A stretch of DNA of 64,000 nucleotides, taken from the sequence record ON000910.1. One strand, written 5' to 3'. The translations under genes were made by a program, and so were the position numbers. The notes under the pieces are model-generated. The model did not search any database and had not been told where the DNA came from. It saw only the letters and a program-made list of their open reading frames with translations. Of the stretch, positions 53,070 through 62,518 are shown one piece after another; the first letter of the stretch is position 1, and each line of letters starts with the position of its first letter.

Positions 53070-53840
53070 TTAACCGTTTTCACGAATGTATTTTACAAGC
53101 TTGGCGTAGTCTTGTGGTTTAAACATTCTAGGGAATTGGTGTGACAACACTTCAGCTTCTTTGTACTGTTCTGCCGTTACAATCTGTGATTTTGCAATTC
53201 TCTGAGGATGCTTGTTACTAGACAACGCATAACAGTAATCATCATCGAACGGATCATCACCTATAATATAATACTTTTCGTCCATGTAATAAACATGTTC
53301 TACGTCAGAAATTTGCTGACTTGTTTCAATGGCTGATTCTAGTTCAGCTTCGACAAGTGCTTCTTCAAGCTCAAGATCGGTAATGCCATGATGAGTGTTG
53401 TTAATAGGTTCAGTTCGACCTTCTTCAAACCCCTCAGACGGTGAAAATACATCAATGGCTTGTAACTCGCACAATGCTTTATCTACGTCTGTTGCGTCAA
53501 TGTACTGAGCGTTTAAAGACTGTAAATCAGGTCGCCATGACTTACACGAATCAAGTTCACCTAGATAGTGTGATTGACATCGACCAACTTCACCACTTTC
53601 AGTTTTATATTCGACTGGTAGATTGCTAATTGACGGTTGATTGAATGCATAGTCACGCCAGTGAAATTCACGAATAACCCATGACGGTAGTACTGAGTTC
53701 TTCAAGATATTTTCGTTCATAACTTCAGGACATTGACGCCATTCACGAACTGAACTTTCATCATTCGCTGAATTTGCCACTCGGTCGAATGGGTGCATTT
53801 TGATCTTTAGATCTTCAATTGCGATATTCGTTCTTAACAT
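53070..53840 (-). CDS. Hypothetical protein
   Basis: 256-aa ORF. Confidence 0.65.
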   Translation of the reverse strand: MLRTNIAIEDLKIKMHPFDRVANSANDESSVREWRQCPEVMNENILKNSVLPSWVIREFHWRDYAFNQPSISNLPVEYKTESGEVGRCQSHYLGELDSCKSWRPDLQSLNAQYIDATDVDKALCELQAIDVFSPSEGFEEGRTEPINNTHHGITDLELEEALVEAELESAIETSQQISDVEHVYYMDEKYYIIGDDPFDDDYCYALSSNKHPQRIAKSQIVTAEQYKEAEVLSHQFPRMFKPQDYAKLVKYIRENG

Positions 53841-53847
53841 GTTTTTC

Positions 53848-54549
53848 TCACTTATTCAATTCAACTTCAAGTTTATGCATTTTGCATTCGATTATCAACT
53901 TACGCGCTTCAGACCCGTCAGCTTGTGTTAATGGTTTACCTGCTTGTGTTAGCTCAAGTAACTTTGTTTTAGCTCGATTGCAGTCGCGTGCAGATTCAAT
54001 GAGATAGTCATACTCATGCGGGTCTAACAGCTCGATTGTCGCGTCTTGAACATCATCCATATTGTTGATATTACCAGACAATGCGTTTTGTTCACGCTGA
54101 TTTAACTCAGCTTGCATTTCAAGTTTTTCAACGCGCTGTGCTTTCTCTTCTAGAGATTCAGGAGCATCGTAATTACATTGCTCACTCAAACTAATACCAT
54201 ACTGCGTTCGCCACTGGTTACTCATCGTGCGTTCGTATGTACTGCGAATGTCGTCTTCGGCTTCGACAAGTGATGCAATCACATCACAGAAAGGGATTTC
54301 ATCGTCTGAACGTCGCACTGCATTAGATCCATATTTGTTACGAGTGGCAAGAGCAGTCCATAATGGGTTATACAGATAGTTACTAGCGTCAGCATCTGCC
54401 AACCAGTAGTTGATCATTTCACGCTCTTTTTTATTCACAACTGCATTTACAGTTGTGAATTTTTTACCAGTCTTGGTTTCAAGTTGTGGTCTTTCACCAC
54501 AACCTGCCAGTACTGCGACTGTGACAGCCACGAGAATTGATTTCTTCAC
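53848..54549 (-). CDS. Lipoprotein, paralog of 47602-48321 (GTG start)
   Basis: Lipobox LAGC; shared cysteine motifs. Confidence 0.75.
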   Translation of the reverse strand: MKKSILVAVTVAVLAGCGERPQLETKTGKKFTTVNAVVNKKEREMINYWLADADASNYLYNPLWTALATRNKYGSNAVRRSDDEIPFCDVIASLVEAEDDIRSTYERTMSNQWRTQYGISLSEQCNYDAPESLEEKAQRVEKLEMQAELNQREQNALSGNINNMDDVQDATIELLDPHEYDYLIESARDCNRAKTKLLELTQAGKPLTQADGSEARKLIIECKMHKLEVELNK

Positions 54550-54621
54550 TCTAATACTCCTAATATCTCTAACTTCACTAAAACCACTAATACTACTAAG
54601 ATGAGACGGAATTTTTCCGCC
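54549..54621 (-). repeat. Hairpin plus 6x9-nt TTAG array, copy 2
   Basis: - strand GGCGGA-AAAAT-TCCGTC, then CATCTTAGTAGTATTAGTGGTTTTAGTGAAGTTAGAGATATTAGGAGTATTAGAG. Confidence 0.85.
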
Positions 54622-55049
54622 TAATCGGTTTCTGTCGCTTCGCTCTTCTCGATTAGATTGCCTTCTAAGTCAACCTCACCATAGATAAAGTCGTTTTTGA
54701 ATGTTTCCCAATCATAGAATGCTTCGTGATGTTCGCACAAATCAAACCCTTCATAGCTATTCAGCTTGCGAGTACTAATAGAGCTTCGTATCAATTCAAG
54801 GCTGCTGTTCTTTAAAATCTTACCAATCAAATTCTCGTTGTACTCTGAGATCTCTCGACCATAATCGTACTCATCGAATACAACTCGAACCTGTCGTCTG
54901 TCATGCTTGTTCACTAGAACAACTGCACGACACTTGATAACCCCGCTATGACACCATGCACTAGACACATCGAATGATTTCTGTTCTGTGTATGCTGCTA
55001 CTTTCCATTCAGGGTCTGGGAATATTTTTTTGAAAAGTTTCTTTAACAT
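54621..55049 (-). CDS. Hypothetical protein
   Basis: GAGG SD. Confidence 0.65.
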   Translation of the reverse strand: MLKKLFKKIFPDPEWKVAAYTEQKSFDVSSAWCHSGVIKCRAVVLVNKHDRRQVRVVFDEYDYGREISEYNENLIGKILKNSSLELIRSSISTRKLNSYEGFDLCEHHEAFYDWETFKNDFIYGEVDLEGNLIEKSEATETD

Positions 55050-55058
55050 GTTGACCTC

Positions 55059-55307
55059 TTATAGAACGATGCGAGTGTGACGACCATCAAACTCAACTTG
55101 CAAACCTGCATGGCGAAGAAGAGATTCTAAGTCTGCTAGATTTGGGACAGTGTACTTGCCAGAATCACGTAAGTATGTTGCGTAATCTGAAATGAAGTTA
55201 TCGCTACCTGCTTTCATTGCGTACTCAAGAACGAAGTTGGTGAACTCGTCTGCTGCTTTCTCGTTTTCGTCCCACCACATTAGAAGTTTGCGAAGATTGA
55301 TTTTCAT
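55059..55307 (-). CDS. Hypothetical protein
   Basis: GAGAG SD; early promoter upstream. Confidence 0.65.
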   Translation of the reverse strand: MKINLRKLLMWWDENEKAADEFTNFVLEYAMKAGSDNFISDYATYLRDSGKYTVPNLADLESLLRHAGLQVEFDGRHTRIVL

Positions 55308-55390
55308 AATGTTCTCTCTTTTTGTTTAACTCGTTAGCTGATGTGACTATAATAATAAAAGTGGCTGCATAGCGCAACCACTTTTTTCAA

Positions 55391-55720
55391 TTAATTTAAA
55401 ATAACGTACATCGTTACCAAACTAGCTGCATGTAAGAACTGGTCAAAGCCAATGACTTGGAAGAACTTACGAGTTTCACCTTTCGCCCAAAGTGAGCTTG
55501 TCATTCTCGAAGTCGCATAGTCAACGACCATGTGCAACATACCAGTTAATATTGCAAACACGATACCGAATGGCAAGAAGCAGATTGCATACGTGATACA
55601 GTGTCTTGCTAATGGCCACATGTTTTTGCTTTTGTTTAACGCTTGATGTTCTGTCTGTACGAAGAAATCAGCAATGAAATGCACTGCGAACAGTGCAAGT
55701 AAAGTTGTTAATGAGATCAT
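55391..55720 (-). CDS. DUF3307-like membrane protein
   Basis: HFIADF..Q....A..K...L..H...Y, H..VDY, GFDQFLH. Confidence 0.75.
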   Translation of the reverse strand: MISLTTLLALFAVHFIADFFVQTEHQALNKSKNMWPLARHCITYAICFLPFGIVFAILTGMLHMVVDYATSRMTSSLWAKGETRKFFQVIGFDQFLHAASLVTMYVILN

Positions 55721-56187
55721 TCAATCACCTTTAGAGGCTCGAATCGTACCGAGTCTTCCTTAGTTGCCCATGCTTGGTAAACTCGTTTCTTTGAGTTCTC
55801 TGTTTCGATGCGATTTTTGATGGCTGATTCAGCTAAAGCGCGTGCACCTGATTCTGTTTCATCACACCAACCACTTGCTTCCCAGTGATCGAAGATAATA
55901 CCTTCGTTGAGTTCTTGAGTGTACCAGTAGTAACCATTACCTAATTCACCACAATCGCGACCGTAGTCTTTGTTGTATTCGTATACAACGCGGTATTTTA
56001 ATAGCGGCTTTTCAGCTAACGGGTCTGACTGAATCACTTTAGTACCGACTACACCTAGTGCAACTGCGATTAAAAGTGATACAAGCGGCTTTGCTTTTAC
56101 AAATTCATTTACTTTTTCTAACATTGTTTTACTCTCTTGTTTGGGTTCGGATTTATTAACTGGTAGACCGTTTTCGTAAATAATCAT
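55717..56187 (-). CDS. Hypothetical membrane-anchored protein
   Basis: One TM segment; ATGA coupling. Confidence 0.62.
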   Translation of the reverse strand: MIIYENGLPVNKSEPKQESKTMLEKVNEFVKAKPLVSLLIAVALGVVGTKVIQSDPLAEKPLLKYRVVYEYNKDYGRDCGELGNGYYWYTQELNEGIIFDHWEASGWCDETESGARALAESAIKNRIETENSKKRVYQAWATKEDSVRFEPLKVIE

Positions 56188-56648
56188 AGGTTTAACTTTG
56201 AGTAGTTGATGATTACCATCGCCGTGTGAATGTATGATTGTGCAAGTTGACCGTTTTCTTCAGAGTAGTTGTAAGTAAACGCATAACCTTCAGTGTACGG
56301 GTGCTTTGTAATACCAGTAACTTTGACAATATCTTCGCCGCCTTTAAACGGCTTGCCTGATTTCTTCGCTACATATTTCCCGATTGCATATAACGGATCG
56401 TTGATTTCGCATATCGTCTTGTCAATTTGTTTTTCAACACGACTGACCTCAGCTAGGATTTTGTCGTTCAATTCGTCGCGTTTCTGCCACATGAATTGAA
56501 TGTTTTCTGGAAGCGCAGACATCACACGCTGTCCACGATAAGATAAATCATCGTTTAACGCATCTTGAAAGCGAATTTCAGTATCGAATAAGCCGACTGC
56601 GGCTCTTACACGCATAGCTTGTCGTGTCATTTCATCTTGTGATTTCAT
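56184..56648 (-). CDS. Hypothetical protein
   Basis: Coupled ORF, GGAG SD. Confidence 0.62.
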   Translation of the reverse strand: MKSQDEMTRQAMRVRAAVGLFDTEIRFQDALNDDLSYRGQRVMSALPENIQFMWQKRDELNDKILAEVSRVEKQIDKTICEINDPLYAIGKYVAKKSGKPFKGGEDIVKVTGITKHPYTEGYAFTYNYSEENGQLAQSYIHTAMVIINYSKLNL

Positions 56649-57106
56649 TTCCAAAACTCCCACCATTTCTTGTCTTTTTTCTTAGTTTCACCGAGAACTA
56701 CTACACCGATACCGCGATCACGCTCTTTTTGTGAACGAAGTGAATCTTCTTCAGAACGAAGTGATTCTTCTTCAGGTTCGCGAGGCAAAAATCGACGTTC
56801 AATCTCTTCTTGCGCTTGTGTTTTTTTCGTTTTCATGCCGATTACAAACGCATCACGTAATTGTCGTGCTTGCGATTCAGTAAATACAATCTGCGAAGAA
56901 CGACCTGCCCAGATACGTTTCATATCACTGCGCCACAATTCGATACCGTTATCGAATTCGACCGTGTGCGTTGAAACTGAAAAACGTTCATGTTCTTCTT
57001 TCATTATACGACACATTTCATCAACTGAGTCTTGCATTTTGTGACGCTCAGGGTCTTTTGGCTTCGAGCGACCTTCAAGCTCGTAATCAGACCAACCTTT
57101 AGTCAT
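56645..57106 (-). CDS. Hypothetical protein ending KKWWEFWK
   Basis: Coupled ORF. Confidence 0.62.
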   Translation of the reverse strand: MTKGWSDYELEGRSKPKDPERHKMQDSVDEMCRIMKEEHERFSVSTHTVEFDNGIELWRSDMKRIWAGRSSQIVFTESQARQLRDAFVIGMKTKKTQAQEEIERRFLPREPEEESLRSEEDSLRSQKERDRGIGVVVLGETKKKDKKWWEFWK

Positions 57107-57446
57107 TTTTAACCTCTATTTTAATTTCGTGAAGATAATTACCTGGTGAACGATTATCTTTTGAACCGTAACCGAGACGAACGTGCAATACATTTTCAGA
57201 TGACTCAATCACAATGTGACGATTGAACTGGCGCATGTAAGAACCACTGCTTCGATCTAAAATCGACTGTTCGACGACTGCGACAATATGTTCTAGATCG
57301 TCGTGCTCGTATTCGGGTAATTTTTCACCGTTTTTCTGAACGCCAGTTAGTAAGTACTTGCCTTCTTTAAGACATTCAGTTCTATTCCAGAATGTATCGT
57401 CTGTAATGTCGCCTACAGTAAGGCGACTAACGTCTTTTTTAATCAT
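57099..57446 (-). CDS. Hypothetical protein
   Basis: Coupled ORF. Confidence 0.62.
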   Translation of the reverse strand: MIKKDVSRLTVGDITDDTFWNRTECLKEGKYLLTGVQKNGEKLPEYEHDDLEHIVAVVEQSILDRSSGSYMRQFNRHIVIESSENVLHVRLGYGSKDNRSPGNYLHEIKIEVKND

Positions 57447-57449
57447 AAT

Positions 57450-57779
57450 CTACTTCTTAAAAATTTGAAATGATGCATGTGCATAACGACACCACGGCTT
57501 GTTGTACTCGGCAACATAGTCATTTGGAAGCATGTTGTTAAACTCGCGTAGAATCTTCTGTATCGTCTTCTCAGGGACAGAAAGACGTATCCCGACGAAT
57601 CGTACGCTCTTACCCGAAATGTTGCTACGATGCGTTGACGTGCGTTTCTCGCGGTAAAGCTTGCCATAACCAACGTTGTTACTACGCAGTACTTCTTTGA
57701 ACAGCTTAGTCACTAAATCATTTGATGATACAGAAGCGTGACCGAAGTGAATATCGCTTGTCATAGTAATTTTTGTCAT
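57450..57779 (-). CDS. Hypothetical protein beginning with a metallophosphoesterase-like TSDIHFGH motif
   Basis: GAGA SD; early promoter upstream. Confidence 0.6.
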   Translation of the reverse strand: MTKITMTSDIHFGHASVSSNDLVTKLFKEVLRSNNVGYGKLYREKRTSTHRSNISGKSVRFVGIRLSVPEKTIQKILREFNNMLPNDYVAEYNKPWCRYAHASFQIFKK

Positions 57780-57901
57780 AATTTTCTCTTTCTGTGTTTC
57801 GTTTCGATAGACACATAATAGGTAAATTCTAAACACTCGTCAAGAACTTTTTTGATTAATTTTCTTCAGACCTAAAAAAAGCCCCGAACAAGGGGCTGTT
57901 A

Positions 57902-58252
57902 TTAGCGCCAGTCTTTGAAAGACTCGTATGGTGTTTTCTCTATGGTAAAGACAGTTTTACCGTAAATGCGGTTGATTTTGTCTACAGACCAACCTTTCAA
58001 GAACTTTTGAACATACTCACGCGGGATGATTTGGTCAATCATCAAGTATCGAGTATGAGAGTTGTAATTTGATTTTGTATCGTCGAGCATGTCTAGCTCG
58101 TAATCTCGATTACCGAATTGGTCTTCTTTTAATAGCAAGCGACACTTCACTTGTGGTTTGCGATCTGTTACTGTCCACAGATCTATGTTTTCAGAACGAC
58201 CTACGACTTTCCAGTGCTTCTTCGAAAAGAATTGTGTTATCAAATTAATCAT
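57902..58252 (-). CDS. Hypothetical protein
   Basis: Coupled ORF followed by a terminator. Confidence 0.62.
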   Translation of the reverse strand: MINLITQFFSKKHWKVVGRSENIDLWTVTDRKPQVKCRLLLKEDQFGNRDYELDMLDDTKSNYNSHTRYLMIDQIIPREYVQKFLKGWSVDKINRIYGKTVFTIEKTPYESFKDWR

Positions 58253-58484
58253 AAGTCCCTACTACCTTTCTAAACTTTCGCGCTTTTATGCGTTCTTTTT
58301 GCTCTTCTAGTTGCAAGAACTCAACAAGTGCTTCGACATTATCTCTCTCAACGACATAACTACCGCCGTAACCATTCGGTTTAGTTACGGTTGTCCAGAA
58401 TGGCCAATACCAAACCTTTTCTTGAATTTGATATACTTTTTTACCGTAGCCATTTTCTAGTTCAATAAATCTGATTTTCATCAT
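58245..58484 (-). CDS. Hypothetical protein
   Basis: GGAG SD. Confidence 0.6.
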   Translation of the reverse strand: MMKIRFIELENGYGKKVYQIQEKVWYWPFWTTVTKPNGYGGSYVVERDNVEALVEFLQLEEQKERIKARKFRKVVGTYD

Positions 58485-59014
58485 GACTCCAACCATTTTA
58501 GCGTGCGTTCTAAACGCTTCGGGTTAAACCAATTGTTGATAAAGTCTTTGCAATTGCTCTGACCGCGTTTCTTCACGCCACAGAAACGATGTTGGTAAGT
58601 TTTCTTGATGACTTTCTCACCACACCCAGGGCATTCAAACTCATCACCAATTGACATTTCATCGGCAATCATGTAACGAGTCTTTGCAAGTTTCTTACGT
58701 TGCGCGTCTGACATACCAACATCTACCATTAGATGATTCTGATACACTTTGTGTCTCGCTACGTCAGGGTAGTTATCAAATGTGATTTTTAGATAACGCT
58801 CTGATGGCTGTGTCATCTTTTGCAACAACTCGCGTTTGATTCTGAACATATCGAACATGTCATCGACGGGATGAAGAGAAATAAACTCTTCATCTTCGTC
58901 TAGTTCTGAAACGTTACGGGGTGTAACGTCACGTTGCATGAGAGTTTTCACTAGATCTTCAAGCTTGGATACTCGCCTTTTCAACGCGATGATTTCTGCT
59001 CTATGACTATTCAT
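58481..59014 (-). CDS. Hypothetical protein with C-terminal Zn finger
   Basis: CPGC...HRFC...CKD. Confidence 0.65.
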   Translation of the reverse strand: MNSHRAEIIALKRRVSKLEDLVKTLMQRDVTPRNVSELDEDEEFISLHPVDDMFDMFRIKRELLQKMTQPSERYLKITFDNYPDVARHKVYQNHLMVDVGMSDAQRKKLAKTRYMIADEMSIGDEFECPGCGEKVIKKTYQHRFCGVKKRGQSNCKDFINNWFNPKRLERTLKWLES

Positions 59015-59497
59015 TTACTCACCAAATGTAATTGCTTTGTTTTGTGTCGGTGATGCGAAACGAATCAAGTGGCTGAACTTCAGTAAGATTTCCTCTTGAC
59101 TAAAGTAATACCCGCCAATGAAACAGCCGTTTTCATGATCTGGTCGCAGTGAAACGCTCATCAATGGCCCGCCTGCAAGTTCCATGCACTTTTGTAAACC
59201 CGCAGCGGTATCCCAAAGATTACCTTTGAATTCTTCATAGTGATAACCTTTGTTCTTGAATACAGTACCACCTTTCATTCGTAGCTTGAATGTGCGACCT
59301 GCAAACCCACCTTGCTCACCAATTGTAAAGTGACGCCAAACACCATCTGTGTTGCTGATTAGAAAGCGACCGTGCCGTTCATACACTGCTTCGGCTGGAA
59401 GACGGTCGACGATTAGATTGAAACATCCCTGTGCGATTGATGAACCGCACATCATACCAGTTGTTAAATTGTTAATGTGAATTGCATATACTTTCAT
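59015..59497 (-). CDS. Conserved phage hypothetical protein
   Basis: GFAGRTF...GGTV....F.GNLWD pattern. Confidence 0.65.
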   Translation of the reverse strand: MKVYAIHINNLTTGMMCGSSIAQGCFNLIVDRLPAEAVYERHGRFLISNTDGVWRHFTIGEQGGFAGRTFKLRMKGGTVFKNKGYHYEEFKGNLWDTAAGLQKCMELAGGPLMSVSLRPDHENGCFIGGYYFSQEEILLKFSHLIRFASPTQNKAITFGE

Positions 59498-60321
59498 TAC
59501 GCACCTACAATGTGTTTTAAGTCACGAGCAATTTTCTCGTATCTTTCTGCCATGATTTCGTTCGTTACGCTTTCGCGCATTGATACTAGCGTATCACTTC
59601 GCAATGCTTGCGCTTCTTTCTCAAGCTTCTCGATGTACATGCGAATGTTATTAACCAAACCGTCTGCGACATCGTGATTCCATGCCATGCGCTTGTTGCT
59701 GAAACGTTTATCTTCGGTTACTTCTCGAATGAACTCAAAAGGCGCGACGAATGTATCTGCATCTTCTTCGTTATTGAATTCAGCCTCGATGATGTAAAAC
59801 GGACGATTTGTGAATCGATCAGCGTCATAATGCACATCGTCAACATCGCCTGACCAACGAACTTTTTTAATTAAACCAGTTGGTGTCACTTCAGTTGTAT
59901 TGTGATTGAGCTTGTCATCTTTCTCAATCGCATCAACGATCAAATCTGTATAACCAGACTCTAGTGGAATGTTGATTTCACGCTTTGAAATTCCGTCACC
60001 GTGAGGTAACTTGATAGTGAATTCAAGACTTTCAGATGAATCTTCATGCACAGTTCGACGCATACGAGCACCGAGCTTACGTAGATTCACGCCAGTTAAG
60101 TCAGGGCAATCTTTCGGTGCTTTGATTAGATAACCGCGATGTGCTTTCACTCGACTGTTGATGTAAAACGAACCATCAATAAAAGCGATTTCATTTTTCT
60201 TGAAATAACGTTGATATATGTTCATCCCCGTTGTGTCGCTGTCACGATAGCTCAGCCAGTTTACAAATTCGCGATATTGTTCGCCAGTAACTAGCCATTT
60301 ACGTTCGATTTCAATTTCCAT
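59497..60321 (-). CDS. CYTH-domain (triphosphate tunnel) protein
   Basis: EIERKWLV, FTIK, RE.N, KKVR, IIEAEF. Confidence 0.8.
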   Translation of the reverse strand: MEIEIERKWLVTGEQYREFVNWLSYRDSDTTGMNIYQRYFKKNEIAFIDGSFYINSRVKAHRGYLIKAPKDCPDLTGVNLRKLGARMRRTVHEDSSESLEFTIKLPHGDGISKREINIPLESGYTDLIVDAIEKDDKLNHNTTEVTPTGLIKKVRWSGDVDDVHYDADRFTNRPFYIIEAEFNNEEDADTFVAPFEFIREVTEDKRFSNKRMAWNHDVADGLVNNIRMYIEKLEKEAQALRSDTLVSMRESVTNEIMAERYEKIARDLKHIVGA

Positions 60322-60608
60322 TAGTCTGCCGCTCGTGTAATAAAGTTGTCGTTTTCATCAAGTCCGTGATGTACACGGTAGTGCTCATCAACTAATTGCT
60401 TAACAGTCGTTGCGTTTAACCCGCGTGAAGCTTCGATAAGTTTAATATCGTGCTCGATTGATGTAATCTGTACTGCAATGTCAGAAATGATTTTCTGAAC
60501 AACTGCAATTTCACCACCTTGTTTGTGAGGCAATGCTACAACCCACCCGAATTGTTTTTTCTTCAGAGATTCGAGCTTTTCATTTAGTAATTCTAACGTG
60601 TACTGCAT
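60321..60608 (-). CDS. Hypothetical protein
   Basis: TAATG coupling. Confidence 0.62.
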   Translation of the reverse strand: MQYTLELLNEKLESLKKKQFGWVVALPHKQGGEIAVVQKIISDIAVQITSIEHDIKLIEASRGLNATTVKQLVDEHYRVHHGLDENDNFITRAAD

Positions 60609-60865
60609 TAGATAGTCTCCACTGTTTTGTCTATCTTACCACATTTCACGCACGTCATAATGATAATACGCTTGCGTGACGTGAGTTCTTGCATGTGATA
60701 TGAGTTACGAGGTGTTGGGACTTTGCCTGTCATTTCGCCGTATACTTCACCACTTGATTTCGTTGTTTCGTCTTTGACGATCATCCAGTCATGCTTGCAG
60801 TCTTTTTTGCAAGTCAGATATATGGCAATACAAGCACATACTCCCGAGAAAATAAGCCATTCCAT
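60608..60865 (-). CDS. Membrane-anchored small Zn-ribbon protein
   Basis: TM segment, CKHDW ... CVKCGK. Confidence 0.62.
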   Translation of the reverse strand: MEWLIFSGVCACIAIYLTCKKDCKHDWMIVKDETTKSSGEVYGEMTGKVPTPRNSYHMQELTSRKRIIIMTCVKCGKIDKTVETI

Positions 60866-60867
60866 GA

Positions 60868-61320
60868 TTAACCCCACTTACGGTCAAATGTCACTGTGTT
60901 GATGATGTAGTATTGACTAGCACTGCACCACTCGATTGTGTAACGCTGCTCGTGCGTGCATAGACGATCTTCATTCCATCTTTCAGCACAATTGTTGATA
61001 AGTTCTTCAACGTCAGCGATTGTACGTTCGCTTGCACGCTCTGAGAAAAGCACATCAAATGAATCTTCTGTAATGATAACAATTGTGTAGCTGTTTTTAT
61101 GAAAGTTGATTGTCGCATCTAGCGGTTCGAGTACATTAAAGTGATCACATAGCGGTATGCTAGGGTGAACTGCATCAAAAACAAATTGATTGTACTTCGC
61201 AGCAAACAAACGAATGCCAGTGCCTTCGACGTTAGAGATCATTTCTTCCCAAATGCGAAGACCTGTTTCTCGCTCAACATCTTGGAAAGACCAAAGTACA
61301 GGTGATAATGAGTAAATCAT
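60868..61320 (-). CDS. Hypothetical protein
   Basis: AGGAG SD before ATG 61320. Confidence 0.62.
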   Translation of the reverse strand: MIYSLSPVLWSFQDVERETGLRIWEEMISNVEGTGIRLFAAKYNQFVFDAVHPSIPLCDHFNVLEPLDATINFHKNSYTIVIITEDSFDVLFSERASERTIADVEELINNCAERWNEDRLCTHEQRYTIEWCSASQYYIINTVTFDRKWG

Positions 61321-61330
61321 AATGCGCTCC

Positions 61331-61639
61331 TTATAATGCGATACCGTGAACAGATTCTGTGTCGTTTTCTTCGTAGATTTCAAAAAGCATTTCTGACATT
61401 GATTCGTTGAAGATAAGACCGATTTCATCGACGTGATCGAAGTCACTTGCTTGAACTGCTTTTGCTAATGCAAGAACATCTTCGCGTGACAACTCAAGAT
61501 GGTACAACAACTCAAGTTCATACACAGTAGAGTCGAGAACTGTCTTTGTTTTAACAAAGTTCATGATTGGAGCACTTAGTGCTGAATCAAGTACGCAGAA
61601 GATAGCTAGTTGTTCTTTGTTTGTAGATAGTGTAATCAT
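61331..61639 (-). CDS. Hypothetical early protein
   Basis: GAGA SD; promoter cassette upstream. Confidence 0.62.
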   Translation of the reverse strand: MITLSTNKEQLAIFCVLDSALSAPIMNFVKTKTVLDSTVYELELLYHLELSREDVLALAKAVQASDFDHVDEIGLIFNESMSEMLFEIYEENDTESVHGIAL

Positions 61640-61701
61640 AATGTTCTCTTTAGTCGTTGTCGTTTCGATGTAGCTATAATACAAAAAAGGGCTGACATCT
61701 G

Positions 61702-61881
61702 TCAACCCTTTTCGAAAAGTTTTTTGATTTTGTCTATAAGTGACGGAGGCACGATAACTGGCTTTTCTTCTTCAGTGTAGCCAATAAATGGTCTGCGTGC
61801 TAAACTGTAGCAGTCATTGCACAGAATCATACCAACACCATCACTGTACCCGTCAGGGTGTCCGCAGATTTCACACTTCAT
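61702..61881 (-). CDS. 59-aa CxxC...CxxC protein (missed by the ORF track)
   Basis: MKCEICGH...LCNDC; ATGA overlap with the upstream gene. Confidence 0.55.
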   Translation of the reverse strand: MKCEICGHPDGYSDGVGMILCNDCYSLARRPFIGYTEEEKPVIVPPSLIDKIKKLFEKG

Positions 61882-62156
61882 AGAACAACCCCGACATCTT
61901 TCAAGAAAACTTTATTACCTTTGTATTCGAAGTATTTTCCGCGCTTACGATCTTCATGAATCGGTTTAAAGCGAACAATACCAATACGACCTGTATCGTT
62001 GTTTCGTAATGCATACGCGATGCGTTTTACATTACGTGAAATCTCAGCAATCACTAATTGCTTGTTACCGAGATTCACTTTTGTATAAGCAAACGGTACG
62101 TGAAACCATTGATAGCTCATTTCATTTCCCGATGCATTAAAGAACGTAGTTTTCAT
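61878..62156 (-). CDS. Hypothetical protein
   Basis: GAGG SD. Confidence 0.62.
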   Translation of the reverse strand: MKTTFFNASGNEMSYQWFHVPFAYTKVNLGNKQLVIAEISRNVKRIAYALRNNDTGRIGIVRFKPIHEDRKRGKYFEYKGNKVFLKDVGVVL

Positions 62157-62516
62157 CTATACCTCTGATAGCGTCTGTGCGTCGATTTGAGACATTTTAA
62201 GATTAACGGGACCGCATACAAAGCCTTTGTCTATTCCGCCCCATATACCCACGCTACGCTCGTTAGAATCACACATGCAGAACATATATGCTTTACCTTC
62301 GATTAATTTCGGAGGCGGCTTGCGAATTGTACCGAATACGCCATGAACTTCTTCGACTGTATGATAGGCAAAATCGAAATTAGGAACCATCTGTACGATT
62401 CTAGATTCTCGAAATCCCCAATTGGGTTCAGTCTCAGTGACTTTATAATACGCGCCGATTTGATATTCGTTACCAGAAGCGTCTTTGATTATTTCTTCGG
62501 GTTGATAATTTGACAT
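62157..62516 (-). CDS. Hypothetical protein
   Basis: Coupled ORF. Confidence 0.62.
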   Translation of the reverse strand: MSNYQPEEIIKDASGNEYQIGAYYKVTETEPNWGFRESRIVQMVPNFDFAYHTVEEVHGVFGTIRKPPPKLIEGKAYMFCMCDSNERSVGIWGGIDKGFVCGPVNLKMSQIDAQTLSEV

Positions 62517-62518
62517 GA

